A stretch of DNA of 64,000 nt from a virus. The stretch covers positions 32,001-96,000 of the IMG/VR virus record IMGVR_UViG_3300025132_000022. The stretch is one strand, 5' to 3'. Of this stretch, positions 1-9,460 are shown in pieces. Numbering within the stretch: the stretch's first letter is position 1; every line of letters begins with the position of its first letter. The translations under genes and the position numbers were made by a program. The notes below the pieces were generated by a model, which was not told the DNA's origin, did not search any database, and saw only the letters and a program-made list of their open reading frames with translations.

Positions 1-71
1 TTTTCAGAAAACAATTTTTCAAAACTGTTCCCTGCTCTCGCTCTTTTTCCATTTTCTATAACAGCACTCAT
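1..71 (-). CDS. Partial CDS (5' end only, runs off the window), MSAVIENGKRARAGNSFEKLFSE...; possibly a PD-(D/E)xK nuclease
   Basis: ATG at 71-69 with AGGAG at 82-78; frame open to the window edge; not in the ORF track because it is truncated. Confidence 0.5.
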   Translation of the reverse strand, partial: MSAVIENGKRARAGNSFEKLFSE

Positions 72-86
72 GAGTAACTCCTTAGT

Positions 87-114
87 AAAAAAAACCCCCT
101 GCTTTCACAGGGGG
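87..114 (-). terminator. Rho-independent terminator after recA
   Basis: Minus strand CCCCCTG-TGAAAG-CAGGGGG followed by T8, about 15 nt past the recA stop. Confidence 0.85.
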
Positions 115-129
115 CGACCGAACACTGTG

Positions 130-1269
130 TCAGTCTTTGGTGGGTGTTTCATCTGGATCGTAAAAATCAGAGGCATTCCCTGTTTTATTACTGAACTTCA
201 TGATAACATCTTCGTCCATGATTTGCAACACTCTTTTTTGGAATTTTTCGTCTTGCAATTTCTTCAACCAGTGTGCTCTCTGGAACTTCTCTCTTGTCCC
301 ATCCTCGTGCACAAGAGAATACCAAGCACCTGATTGCTCTAGGTTTTCAGATATCTGAATCGCATCAAACCAACTTTCCTTATCCTGTACGCCAACACTT
401 TCTGCGTCGCCCCAGAGGATTTTAAAGTTGCAAGTTCTTCCTGTAGAACCGAATCTGGACTTTTCGATTTTACACTTAACCTCAGAACCAATCCTGAACC
501 CATTCTCATCCGTGACAAAAGACGCCTTAGCTTTTCTCCCTGTCAACCATATCCTCAAGGAATAGGAGTACGGCAACGTCTTCCCTCCTGGAGTCATGTA
601 TGGCGTAGTCATTGCTTCAGACGGTGACCGAGTGATGTTAGTCTTCAGTTGATTAAGGACTAGCAGTGTAGCGCCAGCGTTGGCAATCGGTTGAACCAAC
701 TTAGGCATACCCTTCGACAACACTCTCGCTTTCATTGCCATAGACGACTGGGGATCAAAGTCTGACTCAAGATCGTGCTCAGATGGCGTGAGTGCAAGGG
801 AATCCCAAATAAACAACCACTTTTCTGGCATTTTCAACAAGTTTTCGATTGTCTCCATAACCATCTCGACAGAGTGTGCCTGGATATAAACCAATCCATT
901 CTCTTCATCGTCGACGTCACACCCTGTTCTTCGAAGGAAGTCTGGATCAATGGCAGACTCTGAGTCGAAGTAAGCAACTCGACACCCCATCTTCTGAGCG
1001 TTGGCGGCGACTTGGGCTGCCATAAATGACTTACCTGTCGCCTCCAGACCTGCAATCTCGGAGATCTTACCCACTGGAATTCCCGCATACCTGCCCTTGC
1101 AGGTAATAGAGTCCAACCAACGGGAACCAGTCGGAATCCACTCCTTGACTTCCGTTGGGTTCTCTTCTCCAAGATTGTAGGCAACCACACCACCTGACGA
1201 CTTGTTAAGTGATGCGATTATGTCCTTGGTGGAAAGTCCACCTGGTTTAATTTTTCTTATCTTCCCCAT
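130..1269 (-). CDS. recA: RecA/UvsX recombinase
   Basis: IPTGSRWLD, GIPVGKISEIAGLEATGKS (Walker A), YFDSESAID, WDSLA, LNQLK, TPGGKTLPY, KIEKSR motifs of the RecA family. Confidence 0.93.
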   Translation of the reverse strand: MGKIRKIKPGGLSTKDIIASLNKSSGGVVAYNLGEENPTEVKEWIPTGSRWLDSITCKGRYAGIPVGKISEIAGLEATGKSFMAAQVAANAQKMGCRVAYFDSESAIDPDFLRRTGCDVDDEENGLVYIQAHSVEMVMETIENLLKMPEKWLFIWDSLALTPSEHDLESDFDPQSSMAMKARVLSKGMPKLVQPIANAGATLLVLNQLKTNITRSPSEAMTTPYMTPGGKTLPYSYSLRIWLTGRKAKASFVTDENGFRIGSEVKCKIEKSRFGSTGRTCNFKILWGDAESVGVQDKESWFDAIQISENLEQSGAWYSLVHEDGTREKFQRAHWLKKLQDEKFQKRVLQIMDEDVIMKFSNKTGNASDFYDPDETPTKD

Positions 1270-1280
1270 TCGACACTACC

Positions 1281-2045
1281 TCAATTCTGAAGGAGACCGT
1301 TAAAGGCTCTGTCTACAGCGGACTCTTCAGACTCTCCACTGCTTGTGGTGATACCACCGCGAGTAATTTCAGAACTATCTTCCGTATCTGCACTCAAGTG
1401 CGAGTCCAGAATTGCCTGAACCTCTTCTGTCGTGCGTCTCTCGAAAACAGTGTCGAGATTTGGCACCTTCTCAAGGAGTTCGGCACATCGCTCGTCACCG
1501 CCCACGGCGTCATCACAAAGAACTGACTTTCTTGGGCGAGGTCGAATATCCGTTGTTGGATATGATGCACCTGGCTGCTTGCCATACATTAATTTGAGAT
1601 CGTTACCGTCCTCTGGATCGGTAATATCCCCGTAATCAGGGTCGAGAACAATACCAAGAAGTTTCTGGTATGCCAACTTGCCATAACCCCAAACCTTAAT
1701 TCCTTCGGACTCTTCACCTCGCACAAGCACAGGTGAAAAGAATCTCTGTTTTGCAAACATGCCCTTTGCAAGTTGCTTACTCTCTTCTGTCCCTTCGTTC
1801 CAAAGTTTGTTCCCAAAGTCACAAACTGGACAACTGTCTCCAAAGTTTCGCTTTGGGCACAGGAACGATTGCTCTCCCACGCCATAGTGGAAAAACTTCT
1901 CCTTGAACGGGTCTCCGTCCGCTGTCGGAACAATACGAATATTGTTCTCGCCATCTTGTGGACGCCAGAAGTTATTCTTTTTACCGTCGCCCTTTCCTGA
2001 TAAAGAAGCCATCTTTTGCTTCATGAGATCTAAATTCAGTGCCAT
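1281..2045 (-). CDS. Single-stranded DNA-binding protein, T4 gp32-like
   Basis: FWRP...IRIVP, FFHY, CP...CPVC zinc site, KVWGYGK, DITDPEDGNDL, acidic C-terminus; strong SD AAGGAGGT; adjacent to recA. Confidence 0.85.
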   Translation of the reverse strand: MALNLDLMKQKMASLSGKGDGKKNNFWRPQDGENNIRIVPTADGDPFKEKFFHYGVGEQSFLCPKRNFGDSCPVCDFGNKLWNEGTEESKQLAKGMFAKQRFFSPVLVRGEESEGIKVWGYGKLAYQKLLGIVLDPDYGDITDPEDGNDLKLMYGKQPGASYPTTDIRPRPRKSVLCDDAVGGDERCAELLEKVPNLDTVFERRTTEEVQAILDSHLSADTEDSSEITRGGITTSSGESEESAVDRAFNGLLQN

Positions 2046-2125
2046 TATATTACCTCCTTATGGTATTGTTTTTTGCACACTTGTCGGTAAAACTTCCGAC
2101 CAACTTTCTATACTATACTAAATGT

Positions 2126-2680
2126 TTATTTGTTTGTCAACTGTTTTTTGTAATGTCTGAAACATCTTGGTTCATACATTTCTGATCCGCCAATCAATAA
2201 CTCTCTGTCATCATCAAACTTTCTGAACGTAAAGTAGGCATCCTCTTGGCATTGTGCGCAAACTGATGGACACTTTACAATCTTTGTCGCCCAGGGCATC
2301 ATCTTGGCGACCTCGACAAATGGCTCTGCCTTGGAAGACAAGTCCAGACTCGATACTAACACAGACACTCCCGACTTGTAAAGACTTATTACAACATCAG
2401 ATGCGCCTTCGATCATAAACGCTTCATCTATGGCAACAACTTCAGCAGGAGTGTCTTCTAGAAACTCAAGGATGTCTGTCCCAGAGGTGACACATTTCGC
2501 CTCGATGCGGCCGCCATTGTGAGTCACGATCTCCCCAGTGGAATATCTGTCATCTATCATTGGTTTAAAAGCAGATATGGACTTTCCTTGGTACTTGTAC
2601 CTCTCTAGTGCTGCAATGAGTCTCGTTGTCTTGGACCCGAACATGGGACCAACGAACATGATTAAATCAGGGTTCCTCAC
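2126..2680 (-). CDS. tdk: Thymidine kinase
   Basis: GPMFGSKTT P-loop, KPMIDDRYS, VAIDEAF, CAQC...YEPRCFRH zinc motif. Confidence 0.92.
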   Translation of the reverse strand: MRNPDLIMFVGPMFGSKTTRLIAALERYKYQGKSISAFKPMIDDRYSTGEIVTHNGGRIEAKCVTSGTDILEFLEDTPAEVVAIDEAFMIEGASDVVISLYKSGVSVLVSSLDLSSKAEPFVEVAKMMPWATKIVKCPSVCAQCQEDAYFTFRKFDDDRELLIGGSEMYEPRCFRHYKKQLTNK

Positions 2681-3517
2681 TCAAAACTCCTGAACTTTTG
2701 AAGAATACTTCTTTATGTAACAAAAGTCTGATTCATACTGTGTCTGATAGACTCCGTAACTGTATTTGCACAATTCCTGATTTTTTTCTTTGATTAATTT
2801 AATAATATTTCTCTGTAGGTTTCTGTCCTGCTCCAAACTTACCTTGGATATACCGTAGTAAAGTCTCGCATCCATAGTATCCGTCATCGGGAAAAGTAAA
2901 CTTTCAGAACCGTCCTCTATCTTTAACACGCCGAGTGTACAAATTCGCCTTGATTCATTGATAATTGAAAAATTGCTGACCTCCGAATCCTGATGATCAA
3001 AAACCATCACCATATGAAACATAGAAGCAATTAAGTTGTTTATCGCTGGATAGTATTCTTTAATACTTGCATCTTCAACCATACTATCCATTTCAGAATT
3101 ACTTGTCAAGTAGATATTTTTAAAAAGTCCAGACCTAGCATATTCCTGCAAGATAGAGAAAACCATCTTTTCGTGCATTGCTTCAGTCTCGTCCAGAAGG
3201 TCTTGCTCAGGTCTGACGCAAACGACAGTTATGGTCTTGTCTCGAATCTGGTGTAAAAATTTGAGAGCAATAGAGGAAACGAGACTTGATCCACTAAGCA
3301 CAAAAATAACATCTTGCTTAATCTTGTCTTTTATTCGCTTGGGTATGGTCTTGAAACTTTCTTCATATTGTTCTGGTGAACTTTGCTTCTTTACCACCAA
3401 CTTATCTTTAAAATCCATTGGTTCGTCATCAACACACACGACGTTGTATTGAGAATAGTTTTCAAAACACTGGGCAACCTTGCATCCGACACCGCCCAAT
3501 CCAATAACTGTATACAT
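2681..3517 (-). CDS. Divergent tubulin/FtsZ-like protein (PhuZ-like fold, degenerate signature loop)
   Basis: N-terminal VIGLGGVGCKVA resembles the FtsZ/tubulin T1 loop; VVCVRP and YPAINNLIA are similarly placed; canonical GGGTG[ST]G is absent (LSGSSLVSS instead). Confidence 0.6.
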   Translation of the reverse strand: MYTVIGLGGVGCKVAQCFENYSQYNVVCVDDEPMDFKDKLVVKKQSSPEQYEESFKTIPKRIKDKIKQDVIFVLSGSSLVSSIALKFLHQIRDKTITVVCVRPEQDLLDETEAMHEKMVFSILQEYARSGLFKNIYLTSNSEMDSMVEDASIKEYYPAINNLIASMFHMVMVFDHQDSEVSNFSIINESRRICTLGVLKIEDGSESLLFPMTDTMDARLYYGISKVSLEQDRNLQRNIIKLIKEKNQELCKYSYGVYQTQYESDFCYIKKYSSKVQEF

Positions 3518-4626
3518 TAAACCTCTTTCATATCTCTAAAGTTCTTGCCTATGCTGGAATTAACAACGTAATTGCCGAACCTAGTTTCGCCGAAGATCCT
3601 CTTTGCCTCTAGAAACTTACCCCGATCTTCTTTGGCATAATCTAGTATAACAGAGTCGTGCAACAAATAACAAATTTTTGTCCTACAATCTTTAAATAAT
3701 TCTCTTAATTTGTACGCCTGCTCAATGCAAATGTCACTGCTTGTGCTTTGGACAATATAATTCAAGGACCTTCTTTCGTCCGTTTCAATAAATCGAGAAA
3801 AGGGGGTCTGTACGCCATCTTTATACCTATACTTGTCTTTGACAAGATCCCTGTCATAAAACCCCTCTAATAGCGAATCTCGCGCTTCAGGGTTATACAA
3901 CCAAGCAAAAGTCCTCTTCTTCATATCCTCGCGAGACAGTTCAGTTTTTGCCCTTGTCCACTCGTGTATATCCATGCCAGGTTGTTCATTACCCGATAGT
4001 GCCAAGAGTGTTCTCAGTTCCGCTGCGTTGAAGTCGAATTCAACAAAAAGATCATTGGATGGTTCCAGAAAGGCGCGCTCATCCTTTTTCATCGTTAGTA
4101 TAGGGATGCCAGACTGTTTATTTGATAGTCTGCCAGTCCTTGTGCCGAAGACACTGTAGTTTGTGTTCTTCAATTCTGACTTGTAGATGTTTTCTCTGGC
4201 GTTCATCTCCTCAGTCAAAATGTGCGCCTTCTTCAAGATGTCATAGTGGCCTGGTTTTGGAACATTGTCAAATACATTCTTTATAATATTTTCTTTGTCC
4301 TGCAAAAACGACGTAAGTATATCTAGCGGTATGTAATCATAAATGCAGTAGTCTCTAATATTACACTTTGCAGTCAAAACAGATTTCATGATCGCCGAAA
4401 TCTTGTTTGAGTTGTTTTTCCAAGAATCTTCAATAAAAATAGGACACACAGACTCCAATGTTCCATCGGAATACAAGAACGCGTAATCGACGTCCTCTCT
4501 AGAGGTTAGGTGTACTGAATGCTTCCAAGTTCTGTTCATCTCGGGCGCATCGCGATAATCTGCAAAATCACCTGTCCTGTAGACCTTTAAGCATTCGCTA
4601 TTGTTATCAATAATTTGAAAATACAT
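3517..4626 (-). CDS. Truncated family A DNA polymerase-like protein (palm-centred, 369 aa)
   Basis: GTRTGRLS, motif A FVEFDFNAAELRTL, motif B-like REDMKKRTFAWLY, NYIVQSTSSD, motif C LLHDSVIL. Confidence 0.75.
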   Translation of the reverse strand: MYFQIIDNNSECLKVYRTGDFADYRDAPEMNRTWKHSVHLTSREDVDYAFLYSDGTLESVCPIFIEDSWKNNSNKISAIMKSVLTAKCNIRDYCIYDYIPLDILTSFLQDKENIIKNVFDNVPKPGHYDILKKAHILTEEMNARENIYKSELKNTNYSVFGTRTGRLSNKQSGIPILTMKKDERAFLEPSNDLFVEFDFNAAELRTLLALSGNEQPGMDIHEWTRAKTELSREDMKKRTFAWLYNPEARDSLLEGFYDRDLVKDKYRYKDGVQTPFSRFIETDERRSLNYIVQSTSSDICIEQAYKLRELFKDCRTKICYLLHDSVILDYAKEDRGKFLEAKRIFGETRFGNYVVNSSIGKNFRDMKEV

Positions 4627-5705
4627 TATATGTAATAGTCTGTCTTTGTGTTTAAAATTTTTCTTTCCAAGTAATCCAAGGATCTTTCTATTCCATGTTT
4701 TATTAGCAAACTATAACAGATCTCAAAATGCCTGTCAAGCTTTGATTCAGGAATATATATGTTTTCTTCTATCGCCCGTACATTCACATAGAACCTGTAC
4801 CAATCCTTACTAAAAAAGGAATTCATGGCATCGTCGACAGCGCGACGGTCAACTGAATATCTTTTTGCTTTTATAGTTCCATCGTGACAAACATTGTAAG
4901 CAACATCCTCATCCTCTGCAAAGTACAAGAGTTCATAGTACTCTCTTATTTTACCTCTTAATTTGTCGAGATCGTAACCTCTGCAGTGATAGTAAAAACC
5001 GTCATTACCATATCGACCAGAATAATCCGTCATAGGACCCGTATTGTTGGCCACCAAACACCAGGGGGCGTGTTTTAAAAGTACAAAACCAGTTGAGGTC
5101 AACATTTCTGTAAACGCTGGAAACGACGGACTGTCCAATATCTTCCTTTTCAGATTCAGGGTCGAGGTTCCATGACTGACATCCAGGAGATCTATCACTA
5201 GTCCCGAAGCGTGCATCGGACACAGCCTAGACTTAACAAAACCAGAATAAGTTATCGGTGTTTGGTTAGAGAATTGAACCAACCCTTGCAAGACAAAATT
5301 AGTAAAATCGCCCATTCCCTTTATTTTTTTCTTGTTCGGTAGTATGAAATTGGCATATATGGCAGTAAACAGGAACTCCAATTGTATGTCGTAAAGTTCT
5401 AGAGGGTTGACATACCCTTTCTTTGCATGAAGTATGGGCAAACCGTTAATTGGGTTTTCTAACCTTTCATATTTCGCCTTCAGATCCGTAAAGGCATCAA
5501 CAACGTAACAGAGTGCACTCGCGTCAGTACCTGGAATTTGTTCTATGGCTGTTTTGTTCAGTGGCGCGATAGCGCGTCTATCTCCATCCACGCGACCATA
5601 GAGAGATTGACGCAAATCCCTATTATCGAATGCCAAGACTTTAACTGGGTTTGCATCATTCACTATGTATTTAAATGAGTCTATTAGGGTCTTCCTCGTT
5701 GTCAC
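4626..5705 (-). CDS. Hypothetical protein (359 aa)
   Basis: Long ORF with GTGA and TAATG overlaps with both neighbours; no recognised motif. Confidence 0.7.
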   Translation of the reverse strand: MTTRKTLIDSFKYIVNDANPVKVLAFDNRDLRQSLYGRVDGDRRAIAPLNKTAIEQIPGTDASALCYVVDAFTDLKAKYERLENPINGLPILHAKKGYVNPLELYDIQLEFLFTAIYANFILPNKKKIKGMGDFTNFVLQGLVQFSNQTPITYSGFVKSRLCPMHASGLVIDLLDVSHGTSTLNLKRKILDSPSFPAFTEMLTSTGFVLLKHAPWCLVANNTGPMTDYSGRYGNDGFYYHCRGYDLDKLRGKIREYYELLYFAEDEDVAYNVCHDGTIKAKRYSVDRRAVDDAMNSFFSKDWYRFYVNVRAIEENIYIPESKLDRHFEICYSLLIKHGIERSLDYLERKILNTKTDYYI

Positions 5706-8700
5706 TTCTTCGCCCTCTTTTTCAATTGCTCTTTTATCATTTGTATGTCTTCTTCCGACTTGCCTTGCTTCCTTAGAGGTTCAACCTGAGAATCTATTCT
5801 TTTCTCCGTCGCGATGGCCTGAGCTTTTGCTCGCGCCTTTTTAGATTCCGTCTTTTCATATTTGAGTTTCCTGGATTGACGCTTGTCGTATCCAGGTCTC
5901 AGTCTGTCAATCGCTTCCGACCAGTCTATCGTCGCTTCATTGTAACATTTGAAGACCGTCTCAAAACCGTTAGGACTTAGTTTGTGTTCCACATTGATTA
6001 CGTTGTATAATCCAGTTATTCCAACCTCTTTAAATATTGGAGAGTTGTTAATGTCATCCACTCCGATCAGGGACGGTTTGATGAAAAAAGACAAACCAGG
6101 ACAAAAGTCCAACAGTCCATAACTCGTTACGTCGACATTGTACAACTGTGGAATCATGACAAGTCCCTGTTCGGAATTGTATGCCTTGATTATGTTATCG
6201 TCTTGCTTTGCTTTCATCGACTGATTCTCAACTTGCTTGAATACAATCTTCTTTATTATGCTCCTGTCTTGTCCAACTTCCCACTTGGATAGTTTCTGGG
6301 CATCAATTAATTTCAATTGCGTGGATGCCTGGGACATCGTGTAATAAAATACTGACTGGTCTGTCGACTTTGACTCCGTACCGTATCCTCTGGCATAAAG
6401 TTGTGCAACCGTGGGTTTGAGTTTTAAATATTCAACGCCCTTAGCATCTGTTCTGAATTGTCCGCACTTTACACTATATGCAGAATTATAGCGACCCGAA
6501 TCTAAAACATAATCACCCTGATTAAAATATCTCTGCACCTCCATTAGAAAGGCAGTAATCAACCTCTGTAGAGTAAGTCTTCGAGAAGTCGAATTTTCAA
6601 AATCACTCATGACCTTTTGGTATACCTGCATCGCAATAGGAACACCATATAAATTTTGAAACTTACCATCAAGATTTATATTACCAAGCATGATGTGCAC
6701 CTTTTCTCCCTTTAGATAAGATTCAGACTCACTAACCTCCAAAAAAGCATTGATAATGTCACCAAGTCTAAAATAATAGACTGAATGCTCGCTATCACTT
6801 ATGGCGGCCGCTTCTTTCTTTTCGTTTGCGTCGGCATCGGCAACGGCGGCGTCTGATTCTTTCTTCGCCTGGTTCTCTCCAGTGCTGTCGCCCTTCTTTA
6901 TCTTTGCATTGGCCACTGCGCGAGCGTCATCCGCCTTTTGTTTGTTCTCTTTCTGTTGTGCGTCTTTGCTTGTTGTGGAACTTGAATCGGACTTTTCGAT
7001 TGTCTTTGCGACTGCCTTTGTCTTTCCTGATTTGTCCTTTTTTGTCTTGGCGGTATCAACCTGGTCAGTTATGTCCCTTGTCGTACCGTCTGGCAGTTTA
7101 ACACTCAACCCTGGTAGTTCCTCACCTTTCGAATCGCGAGTTACGATTAGTCTTTCAATTTTTGGAGGTTGCATCGGCGTTGCACCTGCTTCGATATCTG
7201 TTGATATGTACAGTCTAACTCTACACTTCTGCTTGAAAGGTCCAACCTTCATCTTTGGTGAGATCTTGGCAGGCATTGTGTCAGTGTCTTTTACGGTATT
7301 TTTCGCTACTGTTGGGTAGTGAGGCGCAATAACTCTATCGAATGCCTTTTTGAACATCCTCTCCTTCACGGTGGATCCCATAACTGCGAATCTGTACATC
7401 TCGCTTCTTTCTACCAACTTATTCAAACATCTTTTGATTTTTTCACTCTTTTTGTCTTGGAAGTACTGTGTGTGACGATTTATAAATTCTGGTACTTTCT
7501 TTTGGTCCTTTACTCTTGTAAAGAATTCTACAATGTTGTTTTTCGTGTTGAGTCCAACTGTAGGGTGAACCCTGTTTATGTATTCATGAACCATTTTTTC
7601 AGATTCTTTTGGTAGAGTTTTTCGATAGGATCGATCTTTGAATTTCTTGTTCAGTTCCACGTAGTGCTCATTAACTAGAGTGTCGCCCTCTGACATCACA
7701 TCCGTATCTTGCAAAGTTTCACTAACTCTGGAAACGTAGTCTGCTTGAAGTATAAAGGATCCATCATCATTGAAGTTGAAGGTGTGCTTGTAATAGGACA
7801 TAACAAAAGTCTTCATCTGCTTTTTGATCGAATCCACCTGAATTTTAGTAAACCCAAGTGCCTTTTGGGTGCTTTCGCTAGGTGTTGCCCACCCTATTCG
7901 CATTAACAAATCCTTTGGTCCAAATATTGACCCACCGAGGCCTTCTGGTTGTATTAACGGCACATAGTGCTTCCGACCCCTTTCTCCACTAAAAACAGAT
8001 AAGTTAGATCCATAGAAAGTTACTGTTGAGTCTATATCTCGTTTAGCAGTCTCTGGGGTATCGCCCGCCAAACGAATAGTCAAGTCCTGTAAACCAAGCA
8101 CGCTTTGAAAGTTGTTTATTGCTGCGACGCCTGTTTGTCCTTTAGTAGAAAGTCCTCTGTTTTGAAGAGGTATTGAGGTCAATTTGGGTGTAGGACCGCG
8201 AGTTCGAATAAAGAACTCCACTTGAGGTGTGAGCGCAGATAGCTGAGCATTGTTCAGCGTGACCAATGGGTTGACCAAAAAACCTTCATAATCTTTGCTT
8301 TTTACGTTATTCATCCTAAAATTAAAAATGTTTGTTAATCTATTTGTATTCATGCCTTTCGGTAAAGAAAAGACGCGTCCCGTGTCTTTAGATCCGACCT
8401 TTTTGCGCCTAGTCTTGCTGTGCGCTGGTGAATCTATGATTTGGTTTGCGTACATGCTTAAAAGGTGCTGGTCCTTACTACCCTTTCTGAGTGAAATATA
8501 TTTGTCCTGTATCTTGTCAAATGCTCGTTCGGCGGATTCAGGAATAAAAGCTTGCACCATTAAACTTTCACGACGTTCTGATTCGTCGATAGTCTTCTTT
8601 GCAACCTCTGTGGCAATTGCCCCATCTGCGCCCATGAACCCTGACTGGTATGCGCGTTCATCGACGAGTGCAATTCTTTTATCTAACTGTGTCAACCTCG

Positions 8701-9457
8701 CCCTCAAAGAAGGTATATTCGCATTGGAGGGGTCTCTTTTATATTTGTCACTGTTAAGGAGCGCTATGATCGCTGACCTTTCGTTTAGCAGTTTTTCATT
8801 TTTCCATTCTTTAATCGTGTTGTCCCACCAAGCAGTGAAGTTCTTGATGTTTCCAATTTTGTCTTGTGTTTCTTGGTCTTTTGTTGCGTGGTCGTTGCTT
8901 GACCTTGTTTGGGCGCTGCCGATGATACCGCCGCTGTTTATGTACTTGCCTGTAAAGGGGTCTCTCCCGTAAATTTGACTCCACGCATTGGGTTCTGCGG
9001 AGCGAGCGCGGGCTACTATGTCCGCACCAACTTCCAAATCTTTTTTTGATTTACGCAGGATAAGCTGGTCTGCGCTGAATGAGTTTCTCTCGACCACGTA
9101 TCTTTCAAACCCCTTTATGCGTAGTGTCTCTCCTAATTCGTACATCTTAAAGAATGTGTCGAGTTTTTTATTGTTCTGGCCATTACCATGGTAGAAGGCA
9201 GAGATTGCGCCTTTGGTGTAGTTGCCGACGCGGAGAAGGCGTTTATTATCGAACACGAATTTTGCTTCGGACAAGCAGCGCTTGAAGACGCGGTTAGCGA
9301 TTTTAACCATATCGTCTTTGATTGTTTTATATGTTGCTTTTTTATCCTTTTCGTCTCTTTCAACATCGAAGGCGGTGCGCTTGTATTCACTAATGAACTT
9401 CTGATCTTCTGGTGATGTGACCTTTTTTTCACGATCTCTAGGGAGTAAATCCACCAT
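5702..9457 (-). CDS. Baseplate hub protein (gp27/late control D/VgrG-like) with large insertions
   Basis: C-terminal GLYNVINVEHKLSPNGFET and internal LMRIGW / HTFNFNDDGSF patterns typical of hub proteins; follows the LysM wedge gene. Confidence 0.6.
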   Translation of the reverse strand: MVDLLPRDREKKVTSPEDQKFISEYKRTAFDVERDEKDKKATYKTIKDDMVKIANRVFKRCLSEAKFVFDNKRLLRVGNYTKGAISAFYHGNGQNNKKLDTFFKMYELGETLRIKGFERYVVERNSFSADQLILRKSKKDLEVGADIVARARSAEPNAWSQIYGRDPFTGKYINSGGIIGSAQTRSSNDHATKDQETQDKIGNIKNFTAWWDNTIKEWKNEKLLNERSAIIALLNSDKYKRDPSNANIPSLRARLTQLDKRIALVDERAYQSGFMGADGAIATEVAKKTIDESERRESLMVQAFIPESAERAFDKIQDKYISLRKGSKDQHLLSMYANQIIDSPAHSKTRRKKVGSKDTGRVFSLPKGMNTNRLTNIFNFRMNNVKSKDYEGFLVNPLVTLNNAQLSALTPQVEFFIRTRGPTPKLTSIPLQNRGLSTKGQTGVAAINNFQSVLGLQDLTIRLAGDTPETAKRDIDSTVTFYGSNLSVFSGERGRKHYVPLIQPEGLGGSIFGPKDLLMRIGWATPSESTQKALGFTKIQVDSIKKQMKTFVMSYYKHTFNFNDDGSFILQADYVSRVSETLQDTDVMSEGDTLVNEHYVELNKKFKDRSYRKTLPKESEKMVHEYINRVHPTVGLNTKNNIVEFFTRVKDQKKVPEFINRHTQYFQDKKSEKIKRCLNKLVERSEMYRFAVMGSTVKERMFKKAFDRVIAPHYPTVAKNTVKDTDTMPAKISPKMKVGPFKQKCRVRLYISTDIEAGATPMQPPKIERLIVTRDSKGEELPGLSVKLPDGTTRDITDQVDTAKTKKDKSGKTKAVAKTIEKSDSSSTTSKDAQQKENKQKADDARAVANAKIKKGDSTGENQAKKESDAAVADADANEKKEAAAISDSEHSVYYFRLGDIINAFLEVSESESYLKGEKVHIMLGNINLDGKFQNLYGVPIAMQVYQKVMSDFENSTSRRLTLQRLITAFLMEVQRYFNQGDYVLDSGRYNSAYSVKCGQFRTDAKGVEYLKLKPTVAQLYARGYGTESKSTDQSVFYYTMSQASTQLKLIDAQKLSKWEVGQDRSIIKKIVFKQVENQSMKAKQDDNIIKAYNSEQGLVMIPQLYNVDVTSYGLLDFCPGLSFFIKPSLIGVDDINNSPIFKEVGITGLYNVINVEHKLSPNGFETVFKCYNEATIDWSEAIDRLRPGYDKRQSRKLKYEKTESKKARAKAQAIATEKRIDSQVEPLRKQGKSEEDIQMIKEQLKKRAKK

Positions 9458-9460
9458 TGT

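Noticed and set aside
6801-8972. Plus-strand ORFs 6801-7319 (172 aa) and 8295-8972 (225 aa)
   Set aside because: Antisense shadows of the hub gene; composition mirrors the reverse codons; no supporting signals
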